Positions 40,615 to 51,170 of a stretch of 64,000 nt of DNA are shown one piece after another. Under the pieces are notes generated by a model, which was not told the origin of the DNA, ran no database searches, and saw only the letters and a program-made list of their open reading frames with translations. The position numbers were made by a program, and so were the translations under genes. The first letter of the stretch is position 1, and each line of letters starts with the position of its first letter. Source of the DNA: Nitrospira sp. (GTDB lineage Bacteria; Nitrospirota; Nitrospiria; Nitrospirales; Nitrospiraceae); assembly GCA_024331045.1 (NCBI GenBank), contig JANDJC010000008.1, forward strand, positions 7,170 to 71,169, read 5' to 3'.

Positions 40615-41303
40615 TTATCAAGTCCGTACCCTCTCATGATCACTTCACAAAGCGCGATATCTTGCGGGCTATCAATCTGAAACATTTTGTACTTTTCCAT
40701 CACGTATAATCCGATTTTTCCACCCAGTCGATTCTTGTAATGTCGGAGAATACTGGGCTTGAAGATATAAAACGATCCATTCTCAAGGTAACGCTTTTCT
40801 ATAAGCTGGCGTCGACGACGGTTCCGATAGTCATGATTGACGCTCTCAGGTCGGCCATCTCCACCGTATTTCCACATGAAAAAATCTTCGATTTCACAAC
40901 AACTCAGTAGAGAGTCGAGACCATCTCGTTCAAACTGCACAAGGGCTTTCGAAATATCAGATAATTCACGGATTGGCGACGTAGCTTGCATACCGACGAT
41001 TTGCCCTACGTCCACCCCCTCAGATTCGATGACATCCAGAGCATGAAGCCAAGCAGACTCTGAACTTGCCTCGTCCCCCGAAATCTCCGGAGGGCGTACA
41101 ATGATTCGAGCTCCTGCCTGTTGGGCAACTTCGAGTATTTCCTCGCTGTCGGATGAAACCCAGACTGAATGGATAGCGCTGCACCCACGTGCTTGAAGGA
41201 TCGACCACACAAGCAGTGGTCTGCCACACAGCCTTACCAAGTTTTTTTTCGGGATGCCCTTGGAACCACCTCGTGCAGGAATGATTGCGACAGTTGTTCC
41301 CAC
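40611..41303 (-). CDS. Second CMP-ulosonate synthetase (NeuA family)
   Basis: IPARGGSKGIPKKN, QATSPIR, ENGSFY, QID. Confidence 0.93.
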   Translation of the reverse strand: MGTTVAIIPARGGSKGIPKKNLVRLCGRPLLVWSILQARGCSAIHSVWVSSDSEEILEVAQQAGARIIVRPPEISGDEASSESAWLHALDVIESEGVDVGQIVGMQATSPIRELSDISKALVQFERDGLDSLLSCCEIEDFFMWKYGGDGRPESVNHDYRNRRRRQLIEKRYLENGSFYIFKPSILRHYKNRLGGKIGLYVMEKYKMFQIDSPQDIALCEVIMRGYGLDK

Positions 41304-41366
41304 GGTAGCTGCTATTACCGGTTATGACCGCGCTTTGGCCAGATGCTTGCCATGATTGAACCGTCA

Positions 41367-42245
41367 TCACTTCTTAGGCTGATATACCGTCCCCTCAAGG
41401 GAATCCGATTCCCACGCAAGGTGAGCACGAAGTTTTTTGGCAACAGACACTTCCTTGGGGTTCATATTCAGCGAGCCATCTCCCAGGGCCTTCTCGATTT
41501 TTCTGACCGCACCTACCAGTTGCCTAAAGCCCGGAGGCTCTACCGACGCAGCCTGGTCGGAACCATACATCGCACGACTCAGCGTTATATGGCGCTCAAG
41601 GGACGTAGCTCCCAGCGCTACTGCCGCATACGAAATGGAAAGCCCTACCTCATGACCGCTATAGCCAACTTTGCAACCGTATCTTTCCCTCAACTTGACG
41701 ATTCTTAGCAGGTTGGCATCCTCATCAGCCATAGGGTATGTCGACACGCAATGCATAAGCTCGAATGGGCAACCAACCTTTGTAAAAATTTCCACCGCGC
41801 GATCAATATCGCGGATAGTACTCATCCCTGTTGAAATAAAGGTATATTTTTTCTCTGACGCGACTTCATTAAGAAGTTGTTCGTGGACAATCATTGCTGA
41901 CGCAATTTTGTTATATGGCAAATCGAAGCGCTGGAGAAATCGCTGGCTCTCTAAATCCCACGCAGAAGCAAACCACGGGATTCCTTTTTGTTTACAATAT
42001 CTATCTATCTCATGGTATTCATCAAATCCAAATTCGAGGCCTTCCTTCTGATGACGCTGCGTCGTGCCCCACGGGCTCTCGCGCGGTGAGTCGAGGAATT
42101 CCTTCGTATAGACTAAATCTATAGTGCGCTTTTGAAACTTGACGGCATTAGCGCCTGCATCGACTGCGACATCGATAAGCTGCTTGGCAATGTCCACATC
42201 GCCGTTATGATTGATGCCGATCTCCGCTATTATGAATAAGCTCAT
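41367..42245 (-). CDS. Second NeuB-family synthase, short form without SAF domain
   Basis: IIAEIGINHNG, VKFQKR, GYSGHE, ERHITL, GSDQAAS. 292 aa. Confidence 0.93.
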   Translation of the reverse strand: MSLFIIAEIGINHNGDVDIAKQLIDVAVDAGANAVKFQKRTIDLVYTKEFLDSPRESPWGTTQRHQKEGLEFGFDEYHEIDRYCKQKGIPWFASAWDLESQRFLQRFDLPYNKIASAMIVHEQLLNEVASEKKYTFISTGMSTIRDIDRAVEIFTKVGCPFELMHCVSTYPMADEDANLLRIVKLRERYGCKVGYSGHEVGLSISYAAVALGATSLERHITLSRAMYGSDQAASVEPPGFRQLVGAVRKIEKALGDGSLNMNPKEVSVAKKLRAHLAWESDSLEGTVYQPKK

Positions 42246-42786
42246 ACAATTCCTCCCTATTCATCTGGCCTAACCGAAGCAGGCGTTCAACAAATTCTCG
42301 AACGAACCCGCATCCGCCCAGTGTGTTCAGTACCACCGATGCTGCTGATCGCAACAAGGGATGTGCATCAGCAGGAACTACCGAGAATCCTGCACATTCA
42401 ATTGCCGGCAAATCGTTCAAGTCGTTTCCAAGGTAAATAAGTCCGGTAAAAGGGGCTATATCGTGAGGTCGCGTGCTCTCAAAAAACGTTTTCAGCCAGT
42501 TCAACTTATGATCCTTCCCAGAGACACATCTGATCCCAAGTTTGCGGGCTCGCGCAGCCACAACTGGATTTTTCTCTTTAGAAAGGATGATCATTTGAAA
42601 GTCGAGGGCTCTAACTCGCTTGTAGCTTCGCAATAAATCTATTGCCAAACCGTCAGCACGATCACAACGAACGTGCTCCATGCCCGTCTCGCTGACATAA
42701 ACTTTGTTGTCCGTAAAGACCCCGTCAAAATCAAAGGCTATAGTGTGGATTGCTTCAAGCTGGGGCCACGGAATATTGGTTTTCAT
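42205..42786 (-). CDS. HAD (YrbI/KdsC-like) ulosonate-phosphate phosphatase
   Basis: FDFDGVFTDN, RADG, YLGNDLND, GGCGFVRE. Confidence 0.9.
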   Translation of the reverse strand: MKTNIPWPQLEAIHTIAFDFDGVFTDNKVYVSETGMEHVRCDRADGLAIDLLRSYKRVRALDFQMIILSKEKNPVVAARARKLGIRCVSGKDHKLNWLKTFFESTRPHDIAPFTGLIYLGNDLNDLPAIECAGFSVVPADAHPLLRSAASVVLNTLGGCGFVREFVERLLRLGQMNREELYELIHNSGDRHQS

Positions 42787-42898
42787 GACACAGCCACGAA
42801 CACCGAAAATAAGTTGGGTTATAGCCTAAGAAACAGAGAAGACACAACACCGCTACCCGGAAGGCAACCTGCGTCTCTTTCACGCCTATACTCACGCA

Positions 42899-42927
42899 AT
42901 AAGCTGGGTTTTACAAACCCAGCTTAT
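42899..42927. promoter_or_regulatory. 13-bp perfect inverted repeat (operator or hairpin)
   Basis: ataagctgggttt-tac-aaacccagcttat in the leader of the ulosonate module. No clear U-tract. Confidence 0.5.
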
Positions 42928-43268
42928 CGAGGACGTGATCAGTCAACAGGGGAGGCACCCGCCTCTCTATACCAAGAGGGAGAAAAGTAGAGCCCGAAGG
43001 ACTTAACACGTTGACGGAAGATACGAAGCAACAGACATCGCACCGAGTTGGAATAAGCGAAGGACTTGTCTCATTCCCGAATTAAAATGATCTTCATCAT
43101 TAACGCAAATCGCTTTTAGCCAGCTAGCTCAGCGGCAGCTATAGTGTTGCGAAAATCGCAATGGCAATAATAATGTTTGTGGCTTTCAGTCTTGGTCGAG
43201 GACTGGCAACAATCTTGTGCTGAGAGGCTTTTCCATAAAAGATGGCTGAGGCATTTTATTGTCAGTTT

Positions 43269-44345
43269 TCACGACGACACCATGAAAAAACTCGTATATG
43301 TGCAACGAAGACCATCGGCTAATGTTGTCTTTGCCTCCCACCCCCGCGCATACAATCGGCTCACATCCAACAGTTTCCTCGGCGTCCCATCTGGTTTGCT
43401 CGTATCGAAGACGATCTCGCCTTGATAGCCGACGACATTTTTCAGCATCCCGGCCAGCTCGCGGATGGTGACATCTTCTCCCACACCAATGTTGATGAGC
43501 GGGGGCAGGCTGTCGTTACGCTCCTGCTCTAACAAAGGCAGAAATTGTTCATCCGTCAGGTTCATAAGGAACACGCAGGCATCGGCCGTGTCGTCCGAAT
43601 ACAGGAATTCCCGTCGTGGAGCACCTGTACCCCACAAGGTGACGCGGGGTGCAAGGCACCCTCGACAAATGTCAACCAACTCCTGGCGCAAGGGGGCAGG
43701 AATCTAACCATGGCAGCGCTCGTCGGCTTCGATTGTAGACCAGTTTCTTTCCGCCGCCAGCTTCGCCAAATGGAACTTGCGGATCATGGCTGGAATGACG
43801 TGGGAGGTTTCGAGGTCATAGTTGTCACCCGGACCATAGAGGTTGGTGGGCATGACGGCAAGAAACTGCGTACCGTATTGCGGGTTATAGGCCCAGCACA
43901 TCTCGATTCCTGCAATCTTCGCCACTGCATAGGGACGGTTGGTGGGCTCCAGTGGACCGGCGAGCAAATATTCCTCCTTGAGTGGCTGTGGCGCCTGTTT
44001 AGGGTAGATGCAAGAGGAGCCTAAGAAGAGAAGGCGTTTGACTCCCACACGCCAGGCCTCGTGGATGACGTTCGTCTGGATGGCGAGGTTGTCGCGGATG
44101 AATTCGGCCGGATAGGTGTCGTTGGTATGAATGCCGCCGACCTTAGTGGCGGCGAGAAAGACATATACGGACCGTTCCTGCTCAAAGAAGTTCCCTACGG
44201 CGAATGGGTCTATAAGATCGAGCTCCGCATGGCTAGGGGTGATGAGATGGGAATACCCTTTCGACGTCAGCACCCGCAGAAGGGCGGAGCCAACTAGGCC
44301 CCGGTGACCAGCAACATAGATTGCCGCGTCTCGCTCCAGGGTCAC
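43269..44345 (-). pseudogene. fcl: GDP-L-fucose synthase, in-frame TAG at 43704-43706
   Basis: [45 protein letters not shown]. The two ORFs are in the same frame and split by one stop. Confidence 0.92.
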
Positions 44346-44352
44346 CCCCTGT

Positions 44353-45443
<1,091 letters not shown>

Positions 45444-45639
45444 CTTGCATCACCTTTCGGTCATCGTGCCGACACGATAGTTACGCAGGTAGCCGGATTG
45501 CCTCGCTTCTCTGCTTGCACGAGCTCCTGTCAACCGCCAGCGATAAGAACCTCTCTTTTTTATTTCTTCTATCGAAGGCATCCCATCGAAGCACTCTCTC
45601 GCACGATGGTTGTCCAACAGATCCAGATCCTCATGTGAT

Positions 45640-46056
45640 CTACCGTCCAGCGTTGACCACCTGGCGAGCCGTTTGGAGAACCAGCTCGGCACCCCGATAT
45701 GCTTGGCTGGCCTCTTGCACCGTGTATTCTTCCGTTGGAATGAAATCAATGTCTCCGTAGAAAGCCAGCTCCCATTCTTTTCGCAGCCGTTTTGAAATGT
45801 GAGCCAGATCATCAAGGACAGAGCGCACATCTTTTGGAAAGCGATCGTGAAGGTCCCGCAATAATCGTCCCACAACATGGAGCTTCGGCGGTTCAATCCC
45901 TACCGCTCGCAACATGCCTTTGAGCGCCAATTACACAAGCTCCTGCGCTTCCCAGACGACGTCCGAGCACGCTCCCTTCTTGAGCAGAAGATTGAGAACA
46001 TCCACATGGTCGGCGGCTTTCTTCAGATAGCTTCGGGCCAGCGATTCGTTGGTCAT
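45640..46056 (-). pseudogene. HEPN domain toxin, in-frame TAA at 45931-45933
   Basis: MTNESLARSYLKKA...EAQELV*LALKGMLRAVGIEPPKLH...LRKEWELAFYGD. Confidence 0.88.
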
Positions 46057-46545
46057 AGTTCAAACACCTCGCCCGGCCGAAAATCCGGCTTGAGATCCCA
46101 ATACCAGGTATTGCCCTGCCACAGACGTTTGACCCCCCGTTGGGTCAGGCGCTCTCGCAGCCGAACAAGCCGCTGAGCAAAAACCCGTCTCGGTCGTACA
46201 GGATCCGCGCATCCTCCACCATGTCTAGAAACAGCGGGCCGCCAGCCGTCACTTCTGCTGGCGTTTTCAGAACCGGCGAGAGTTCGGTATGCACACCCCC
46301 GTGGCGTGCCTGTTCGAGGTCGCCCGCGATTGCCGCTTCCACCGCCTCGAACTCTCTGACCTGATTGATTCGGCCACGTGGCACATCATGCGCGCCAATC
46401 AGAAGATCAATATCAGAGTCCTGCGCATGGCCGTCCTCCCGACGGAACCATTACAAGACAACCGAGACCAACCGGTCGCCATAGACCTCGCTGATGGCGG
46501 CAACCGCTTGATCGATCAGGGCAGCAAACGTGTCTTTCAGCAGAA
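46053..46545 (-). pseudogene. MNT nucleotidyltransferase antitoxin, frameshifted
   Basis: VYGDRLVSVVL / GSVGR / DSDIDLL / PLFLDMVEDARILYD / WYWDLKPDFRPGEVFEL*. Its stop overlaps the HEPN ATG. Confidence 0.88.
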
Positions 46546-46615
46546 TCGGACGTCTTTCAGGATCTTGATCTTGGAGCGTCAGCCGTTCCGCTGCCGATCA
46601 CACCCCCACCGACCA

Positions 46616-47161
46616 TTACTCAAACCACTCCGCCCGATCGAACGTGACCCCCTGACGGTCCTTTGAGGACAAAATTGGCGCTCCCTCCAACGGCCATGTG
46701 ATCCCGACCGTCGGATCGTTCCAGATGAGACACCGCTCGTGCTCCGGTGCGTAATAGTCGGTCGTCTTGTACAAACATTCGGCGACCTCCGACAGGACGA
46801 CAAAGCCATGCGCAAAGCCTTCTGGAATCCAGAGCTGCCGCTTGTTCTCGGCCGAGAGGATCTCACCGACCCACTGTCCAAATGTCGGCGACGAGCGGCG
46901 CAGATCAACCGCCACGTCGAAGACGGCTCCCACTACGATGCGCACCAACTTCCCCTGCGGTTGCCGAATCTGATAATGCAACCCCCGCAAGACTCCCTTA
47001 ACCGATCGGGAGTGGTTGTCTTGGACAAAGGTGATGGGTTTGCCGATCGCCGCCTCGAAACGAGCCTGGTTGAAACTCTCAAAGAAAAACCCCCGGTCAT
47101 CTCCGAAGACCTGTGGTTCAAGCAAAACCACATCGGGAATGGCAAGTGGCGTGGCCCGCAT
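46616..47161 (-). CDS. rfbC: dTDP-4-dehydrorhamnose 3,5-epimerase
   Basis: DDRGFFFE, VQDNHS, LRGLHYQ, GFAHGF, LSSKD. Confidence 0.97.
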   Translation of the reverse strand: MRATPLAIPDVVLLEPQVFGDDRGFFFESFNQARFEAAIGKPITFVQDNHSRSVKGVLRGLHYQIRQPQGKLVRIVVGAVFDVAVDLRRSSPTFGQWVGEILSAENKRQLWIPEGFAHGFVVLSEVAECLYKTTDYYAPEHERCLIWNDPTVGITWPLEGAPILSSKDRQGVTFDRAEWFE

Positions 47162-47189
47162 CAGAACACGTTTTCTTTGATGATCCGCA
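47133..47189. repeat. 57-bp direct repeat, copy 1 (rfbA/rfbC junction duplicate)
   Basis: tcgggaatggcaagtggcgtggcccgcatcagaacacgttttctttgatgatccgca, identical to 47866-47922. Confidence 0.97.
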
Positions 47190-47268
47190 TGTCGATCGTG
47201 ACACTGCCGTATGGCTTTGCATTCAGATCTTTCTCGATATGTCCCTGACGATGACCAGACAGACTCAT
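47161..47268 (-). other. 35-aa linker ORF ending in the duplicated RfbA C-terminus
   Basis: [38 protein letters not shown] overlaps the DUF2283 stop (ATGA) and TGA overlaps the rfbC ATG (TGATG). Confidence 0.55.
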
Positions 47269-47507
47269 GTCAAGTCTTGTGCCCGAAGAGCAATCTCTTG
47301 GCGTTTTCCTGCCAATTCCAGAATCAGATTTCCTCTATCTTCCGCCAACTGCTCGTTGGCGTTGAGAAGCTCAATGCCGTAGACGGTCCCGTCTGGTGCC
47401 ACATCAACATTCATCTCGTCGCTGATCTTAAGGGTGGTCACCGGAGCCGTTTTCTCGTGGAGTCGGATATACGCAACATTGTACGCAGGATCGTATGTCA
47501 GCCTCAT
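47265..47507 (-). CDS. DUF2283 protein (putative antitoxin)
   Basis: MRLTYDPAYNVAYIRL...VDVAPDGTVYGIELLNA signature. GGAG RBS. Confidence 0.88.
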   Translation of the reverse strand: MRLTYDPAYNVAYIRLHEKTAPVTTLKISDEMNVDVAPDGTVYGIELLNANEQLAEDRGNLILELAGKRQEIALRAQDLT

Positions 47508-47522
47508 TTCGCGGTCTCCGAA

Positions 47523-47774
47523 TTAGAAATATTTCACGAGTACCGTAATGACGACCCAGTCGCTCCCCTCCTGCACAGCATAGGCTTCTATCTGCCTGTT
47601 TGCATAGATCTTTCCTTGCCAGGTCCCCGCAAACGGGAAGTTGCGGCGAAAGCCTATTCGACCGAACTTCGCCTGAAAACGCTCGCCGGTCTCCACGCTC
47701 AGCCTCACCTCTTCCTCCGTCCCACCTCGTTCTCGTAGTCGTTCCAACGCGTGAGGATGCAGTCGAACAGCCAT
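47523..47774 (-). CDS. DUF4258 protein (putative RelE-like toxin)
   Basis: HPHALERLRERG..EEEV...WVVITV signature. Confidence 0.82.
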   Translation of the reverse strand: MAVRLHPHALERLRERGGTEEEVRLSVETGERFQAKFGRIGFRRNFPFAGTWQGKIYANRQIEAYAVQEGSDWVVITVLVKYF

Positions 47775-47789
47775 TGGCGCTCTTTTAGT

Positions 47790-47894
47790 CTAATCGCATG
47801 AAAACAACTCCGCTTCCCTTAACCGCGCATGTCTCTTCGACCATTTTCCGACAGGGGACCGTTCGTCGGGAATGGCAAGTGGCGTGGCCCGCAT
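47790..47894 (-). other. 34-aa leader ORF beginning with the duplicated RfbC N-terminus
   Basis: [37 protein letters not shown] overlaps the rfbA TGA and the stop lies 15 nt before the DUF4258 ATG. Confidence 0.5.
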
Positions 47895-47922
47895 CAGAAC
47901 ACGTTTTCTTTGATGATCCGCA
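47866..47922. repeat. 57-bp direct repeat, copy 2
   Basis: Identical to 47133-47189. Confidence 0.97.
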
Positions 47923-48820
47923 GCAGATACTGGCCGTAGCCGTTTTTGGCCAACGGTTGCGCTAGCCGTTCCACTTGAGCCGCATCAATCCAGCCCTGCC
48001 GATAGGCGATCTCCTCAGGACAGGCTACCTTGAGGCCCTGGCGGTGTTCCAGCGTGGCGATAAACTGGCCGGCATCCAACAATGACTCATGGGTGCCAGT
48101 ATCAAGCCACGCATAGCCCCGCCCCATGACCTCCACATGCAGCAACCCCTCTTGCAGATACAGCCGATTGAGATCCGTAATCTCTAACTCGCCACGGGCG
48201 GACGGTTTGAGACGCTTGGCGTACTCGACCACCCGTCGATCATAGAAATACAGACCGGTCACGGCATAGTTCGATTTGGGCCTCTGGGGTTTTTCCTCCA
48301 GTGACAAAACCCTGCCCTGCCCATTGAATTCGGCAACGCCATACCGTTCTGGGTCCTGCACATGGTAGGCAAAGATCGTGGCTCCGTCGGTGCGGGCCAT
48401 TGCGCTGTCCAGCAACCGTTGAAAATCATGGCCGTAGAAAATGTTGTCCCCCAGTACCAAGACTGAGGCATCATCCCCTATAAATGATTCACCGATTAAA
48501 AAGGCCTGCGCCAATCCATCCGGAGACGGCTGAACCGCATAGTGAATCCTTATTCCCCACTGATCACCTCTACCAAGAAGCTGTTCAAACCGTGGCGTAT
48601 CCTGAGGGGTGGAAATGACGAGTATCTCTCTGATCCCCGCTAACATCAGCGTGCTGAGGGGATAGTAAATCATCGGCTTATCGAACACCGGCAACAACTG
48701 TTTGCTGATCGATAGAGTGGCCGGATGGAGCCTGGTGCCGGCTCCCCCGGCGAGAATGATACCTTTCCGCTTCACCGTTTGGCCTACGCGATCTCCCTTG
48801 CCCATTGAGTTTTTCTCCAC
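47894..48820 (-). CDS. rfbA: Glucose-1-phosphate thymidylyltransferase
   Basis: [40 protein letters not shown]. Confidence 0.97.
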   Translation of the reverse strand: MEKNSMGKGDRVGQTVKRKGIILAGGAGTRLHPATLSISKQLLPVFDKPMIYYPLSTLMLAGIREILVISTPQDTPRFEQLLGRGDQWGIRIHYAVQPSPDGLAQAFLIGESFIGDDASVLVLGDNIFYGHDFQRLLDSAMARTDGATIFAYHVQDPERYGVAEFNGQGRVLSLEEKPQRPKSNYAVTGLYFYDRRVVEYAKRLKPSARGELEITDLNRLYLQEGLLHVEVMGRGYAWLDTGTHESLLDAGQFIATLEHRQGLKVACPEEIAYRQGWIDAAQVERLAQPLAKNGYGQYLLRIIKENVF

Positions 48821-48845
48821 TCAATCCATTGAGAGGCTTCCCCTG

Positions 48846-49910
48846 TCATCGGCTATAGTGTTTCTCGATCCATCGACGATAGTCGCCACTGGTCACGTTT
48901 TGCACCCACGCGTCATGGTCTAAATACCAGCGAATGGTTTTTCTGATGCCGCTTTCAAAGGTCTCAGCCGGCTTCCAGCCAAGTTCCCGTTCGATCTTTG
49001 TTGCGTCGATGGCGTACCGGCGGTCATGACCAGGACGATCTTTGACGAATGTCACTTGAGCTCGATACGACCGTCCATCTCGACGCGGGCACCACTCATC
49101 CAAGATATCGCAAATCGTATGCACAACATCGATGTTCTGCTTTTCGCTCCAGCCACCGATGTTGTAGGTCTCGCCCGGTACCCCTCGCTCAAGCACCAAA
49201 CTGATCGCCTGACAATGGTCCTCAACATATAGCCAATCGCGCACCTGCCGGCCATCGCCATAGATCGGTAACGGCTTGCCGCGTAGGGCATTGTGAATCA
49301 CGAGCGGAATCAGTTTTTCAGGAAACTGATAGGGCCCATAGTTGTTGGAACAATTCGTGGTCAATGTCGGCAAGCCGTACGTGTGATGGTAGGCCCGCAC
49401 GAGATGGTCGCTTGCAGCCTTGCTGGCTGAGTAGGGACTATTGGGGCGATAGGGGTTCGTCTCCTGGAAGGCTGGCTCATGTGGAGCAAGCGACCCATAC
49501 ACTTCATCCGTCGAGACGTGAAGAAACCGAAACGAGGCTTGCGCTGCCGCATCAAGCTTCATCCAATGGCCCCGTACTGATTCCAGCAGGTGAAACGTGC
49601 CGACAACATTGGTGCGAATAAAATCGTCCGGTCCATGAATTGATCGATCAACATGACTCTCAGCGGCAAAGTTCACGACAGCTCGTGGCCGATAGCGATC
49701 GAGCAGCGACGTGACCAACGTCGTGTCACCAATGTCTCCGCGCACGAAGATATGCCGCTCATCGCCCTGGACATCGGCGAGATTCTCCAGATTCCCGGCG
49801 TAGGTGAGCTGGTCGAGATTGACCACCGGCTCAGCACTATGTTGGAACCAGTGCAGGATAAAATTTGATCCGATAAATCCCGCTCCGCCCGTCACCAAAA
49901 TCATGGACAA
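48846..49910 (-). CDS. rfbB: dTDP-glucose 4,6-dehydratase
   Basis: TGGAGFIG, AAESHVDRSI, STDEVYG, YSASK, DRPGHDRRY. Confidence 0.97.
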   Translation of the reverse strand: MSMILVTGGAGFIGSNFILHWFQHSAEPVVNLDQLTYAGNLENLADVQGDERHIFVRGDIGDTTLVTSLLDRYRPRAVVNFAAESHVDRSIHGPDDFIRTNVVGTFHLLESVRGHWMKLDAAAQASFRFLHVSTDEVYGSLAPHEPAFQETNPYRPNSPYSASKAASDHLVRAYHHTYGLPTLTTNCSNNYGPYQFPEKLIPLVIHNALRGKPLPIYGDGRQVRDWLYVEDHCQAISLVLERGVPGETYNIGGWSEKQNIDVVHTICDILDEWCPRRDGRSYRAQVTFVKDRPGHDRRYAIDATKIERELGWKPAETFESGIRKTIRWYLDHDAWVQNVTSGDYRRWIEKHYSR

Positions 49911-50015
49911 CCTTTTTCTTGTGGGCTCTGATCTGCCTTCCAGCCAGCTGCCAACTCAACGCCCATCCGTCAAGGTCCTTCCCTTTCAATGGGTTTCACA
50001 GTTCAGCCTACAAGG

Positions 50016-51170
50016 CTATCTCCTCGCATTCCGTTCCGCATAAAACGACGCGATCGCTTCAACCACTTGAGTTTGCTGATCGACGGTGAGTTCAGGATAG
50101 ATGGGAATCGCGAGGGTCTCCTTCGCCGCCCGCTCCGCTTCGGGGAAGTCTCCTTCGCGATAGCCCAGGTATCCGAAACATTCTTGGAGGTGAAAGGGAA
50201 CCGGATAGTAGATTTCGGCTCCGATCTCGTTTTGTTTCAGATGCGCCATCAGCTCGTCGCGCCGCTCGACCCGGAGTACGAACTGGTTGTAGATGTGGTG
50301 ATGCTTCACACCGGACTCGCGATACACGGCTTCGGGTAGCCGGACGACTCCCCGCCGCACCAAGCCGCTCTGCTGAAACAACGAGCGATACCGCTCCGCA
50401 TTGTCCTGCCGGCGCTTCGTCCATCCATCAAGATAATTCAATTTGACGTTCAACACCGTGGCCTGAATCGTGTCGAGCCGGAAATTGCCACCAATCATTT
50501 TGTGGTAATACTTGGGGTGGCTTCCGTGAACGCGCAGAATTTTCAGGCGATTCGCCAGGTCGCGGTCGTTTGTGACGACCATTCCGCCATCCCCCAAGCA
50601 CCCCAAGTTCTTGCTGGGGAAAAACGAGAGGCAGCCGACCGTCCCCATGCTGCAGGCCCTCCGGCCATCCTTATACTCCGCCCCGATCGCCTGAGCGGCA
50701 TCTTCGATAACAAAGAGACCGTAGCGCCGCGCCAGGTCAAGAATCGGCTCCATCTCAGCACACTGACCGTACAGATGCACGGGAATGATTGCTTTGGTCT
50801 TCGGCGTCACCGCGGCTTCAATCTTCGACGGGTCGATGTTGAAGCTCACGGGATCGATGTCGACGAACACGGGCTTGGCGTGAAGTCGGGCGACGACGCC
50901 GGCCGTCGCAAAAAATGAATAGCAGGGGGTGATGACTTCGTCGCCCGGGCCAACTCCCAGCGCCATGAGCGACAACAACAACGCATCGGTACCCGACGTC
51001 ACGCCGATGCCATGCTGGGCTTGACAGTACGCGGCCACCCGCTCTTCCAACTTGCCGACATCCGGCCCCAGGATGAACTGGCTGCTGGCAAACGTTTGCT
51101 CGAGAGCGTTCAAGATCTGCTCGCGGATCGGCTCATGATGAGCCTTCAGATCAAGTAAGGGGACCGCCAT
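50016..51170 (-). CDS. DegT/DnrJ/EryC1/StrS PLP aminotransferase (WbpE-like)
   Basis: SGTDAL, VHLYGQ, EDAAQAIG, SFFPSKNLG, GGNFRLD. Confidence 0.94.
   Translation of the reverse strand: MAVPLLDLKAHHEPIREQILNALEQTFASSQFILGPDVGKLEERVAAYCQAQHGIGVTSGTDALLLSLMALGVGPGDEVITPCYSFFATAGVVARLHAKPVFVDIDPVSFNIDPSKIEAAVTPKTKAIIPVHLYGQCAEMEPILDLARRYGLFVIEDAAQAIGAEYKDGRRACSMGTVGCLSFFPSKNLGCLGDGGMVVTNDRDLANRLKILRVHGSHPKYYHKMIGGNFRLDTIQATVLNVKLNYLDGWTKRRQDNAERYRSLFQQSGLVRRGVVRLPEAVYRESGVKHHHIYNQFVLRVERRDELMAHLKQNEIGAEIYYPVPFHLQECFGYLGYREGDFPEAERAAKETLAIPIYPELTVDQQTQVVEAIASFYAERNARR

Larger units (their letters stand above)
47133..47922 (-). mobile_element. TA-like cassette bounded by 57-bp direct repeats (676 bp unique plus one repeat = 733 bp)
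   Basis: The repeats duplicate the rfbA stop/rfbC start. Removing one unit restores a normal rfbA-rfbC TGATG junction. Confidence 0.8.

Noticed and set aside
42787-43268. ops/JUMPstart element for the UpxY/RfaH-like factor
   Set aside because: Only a partial GGTAGC match and no convincing GGCGGTAG element.
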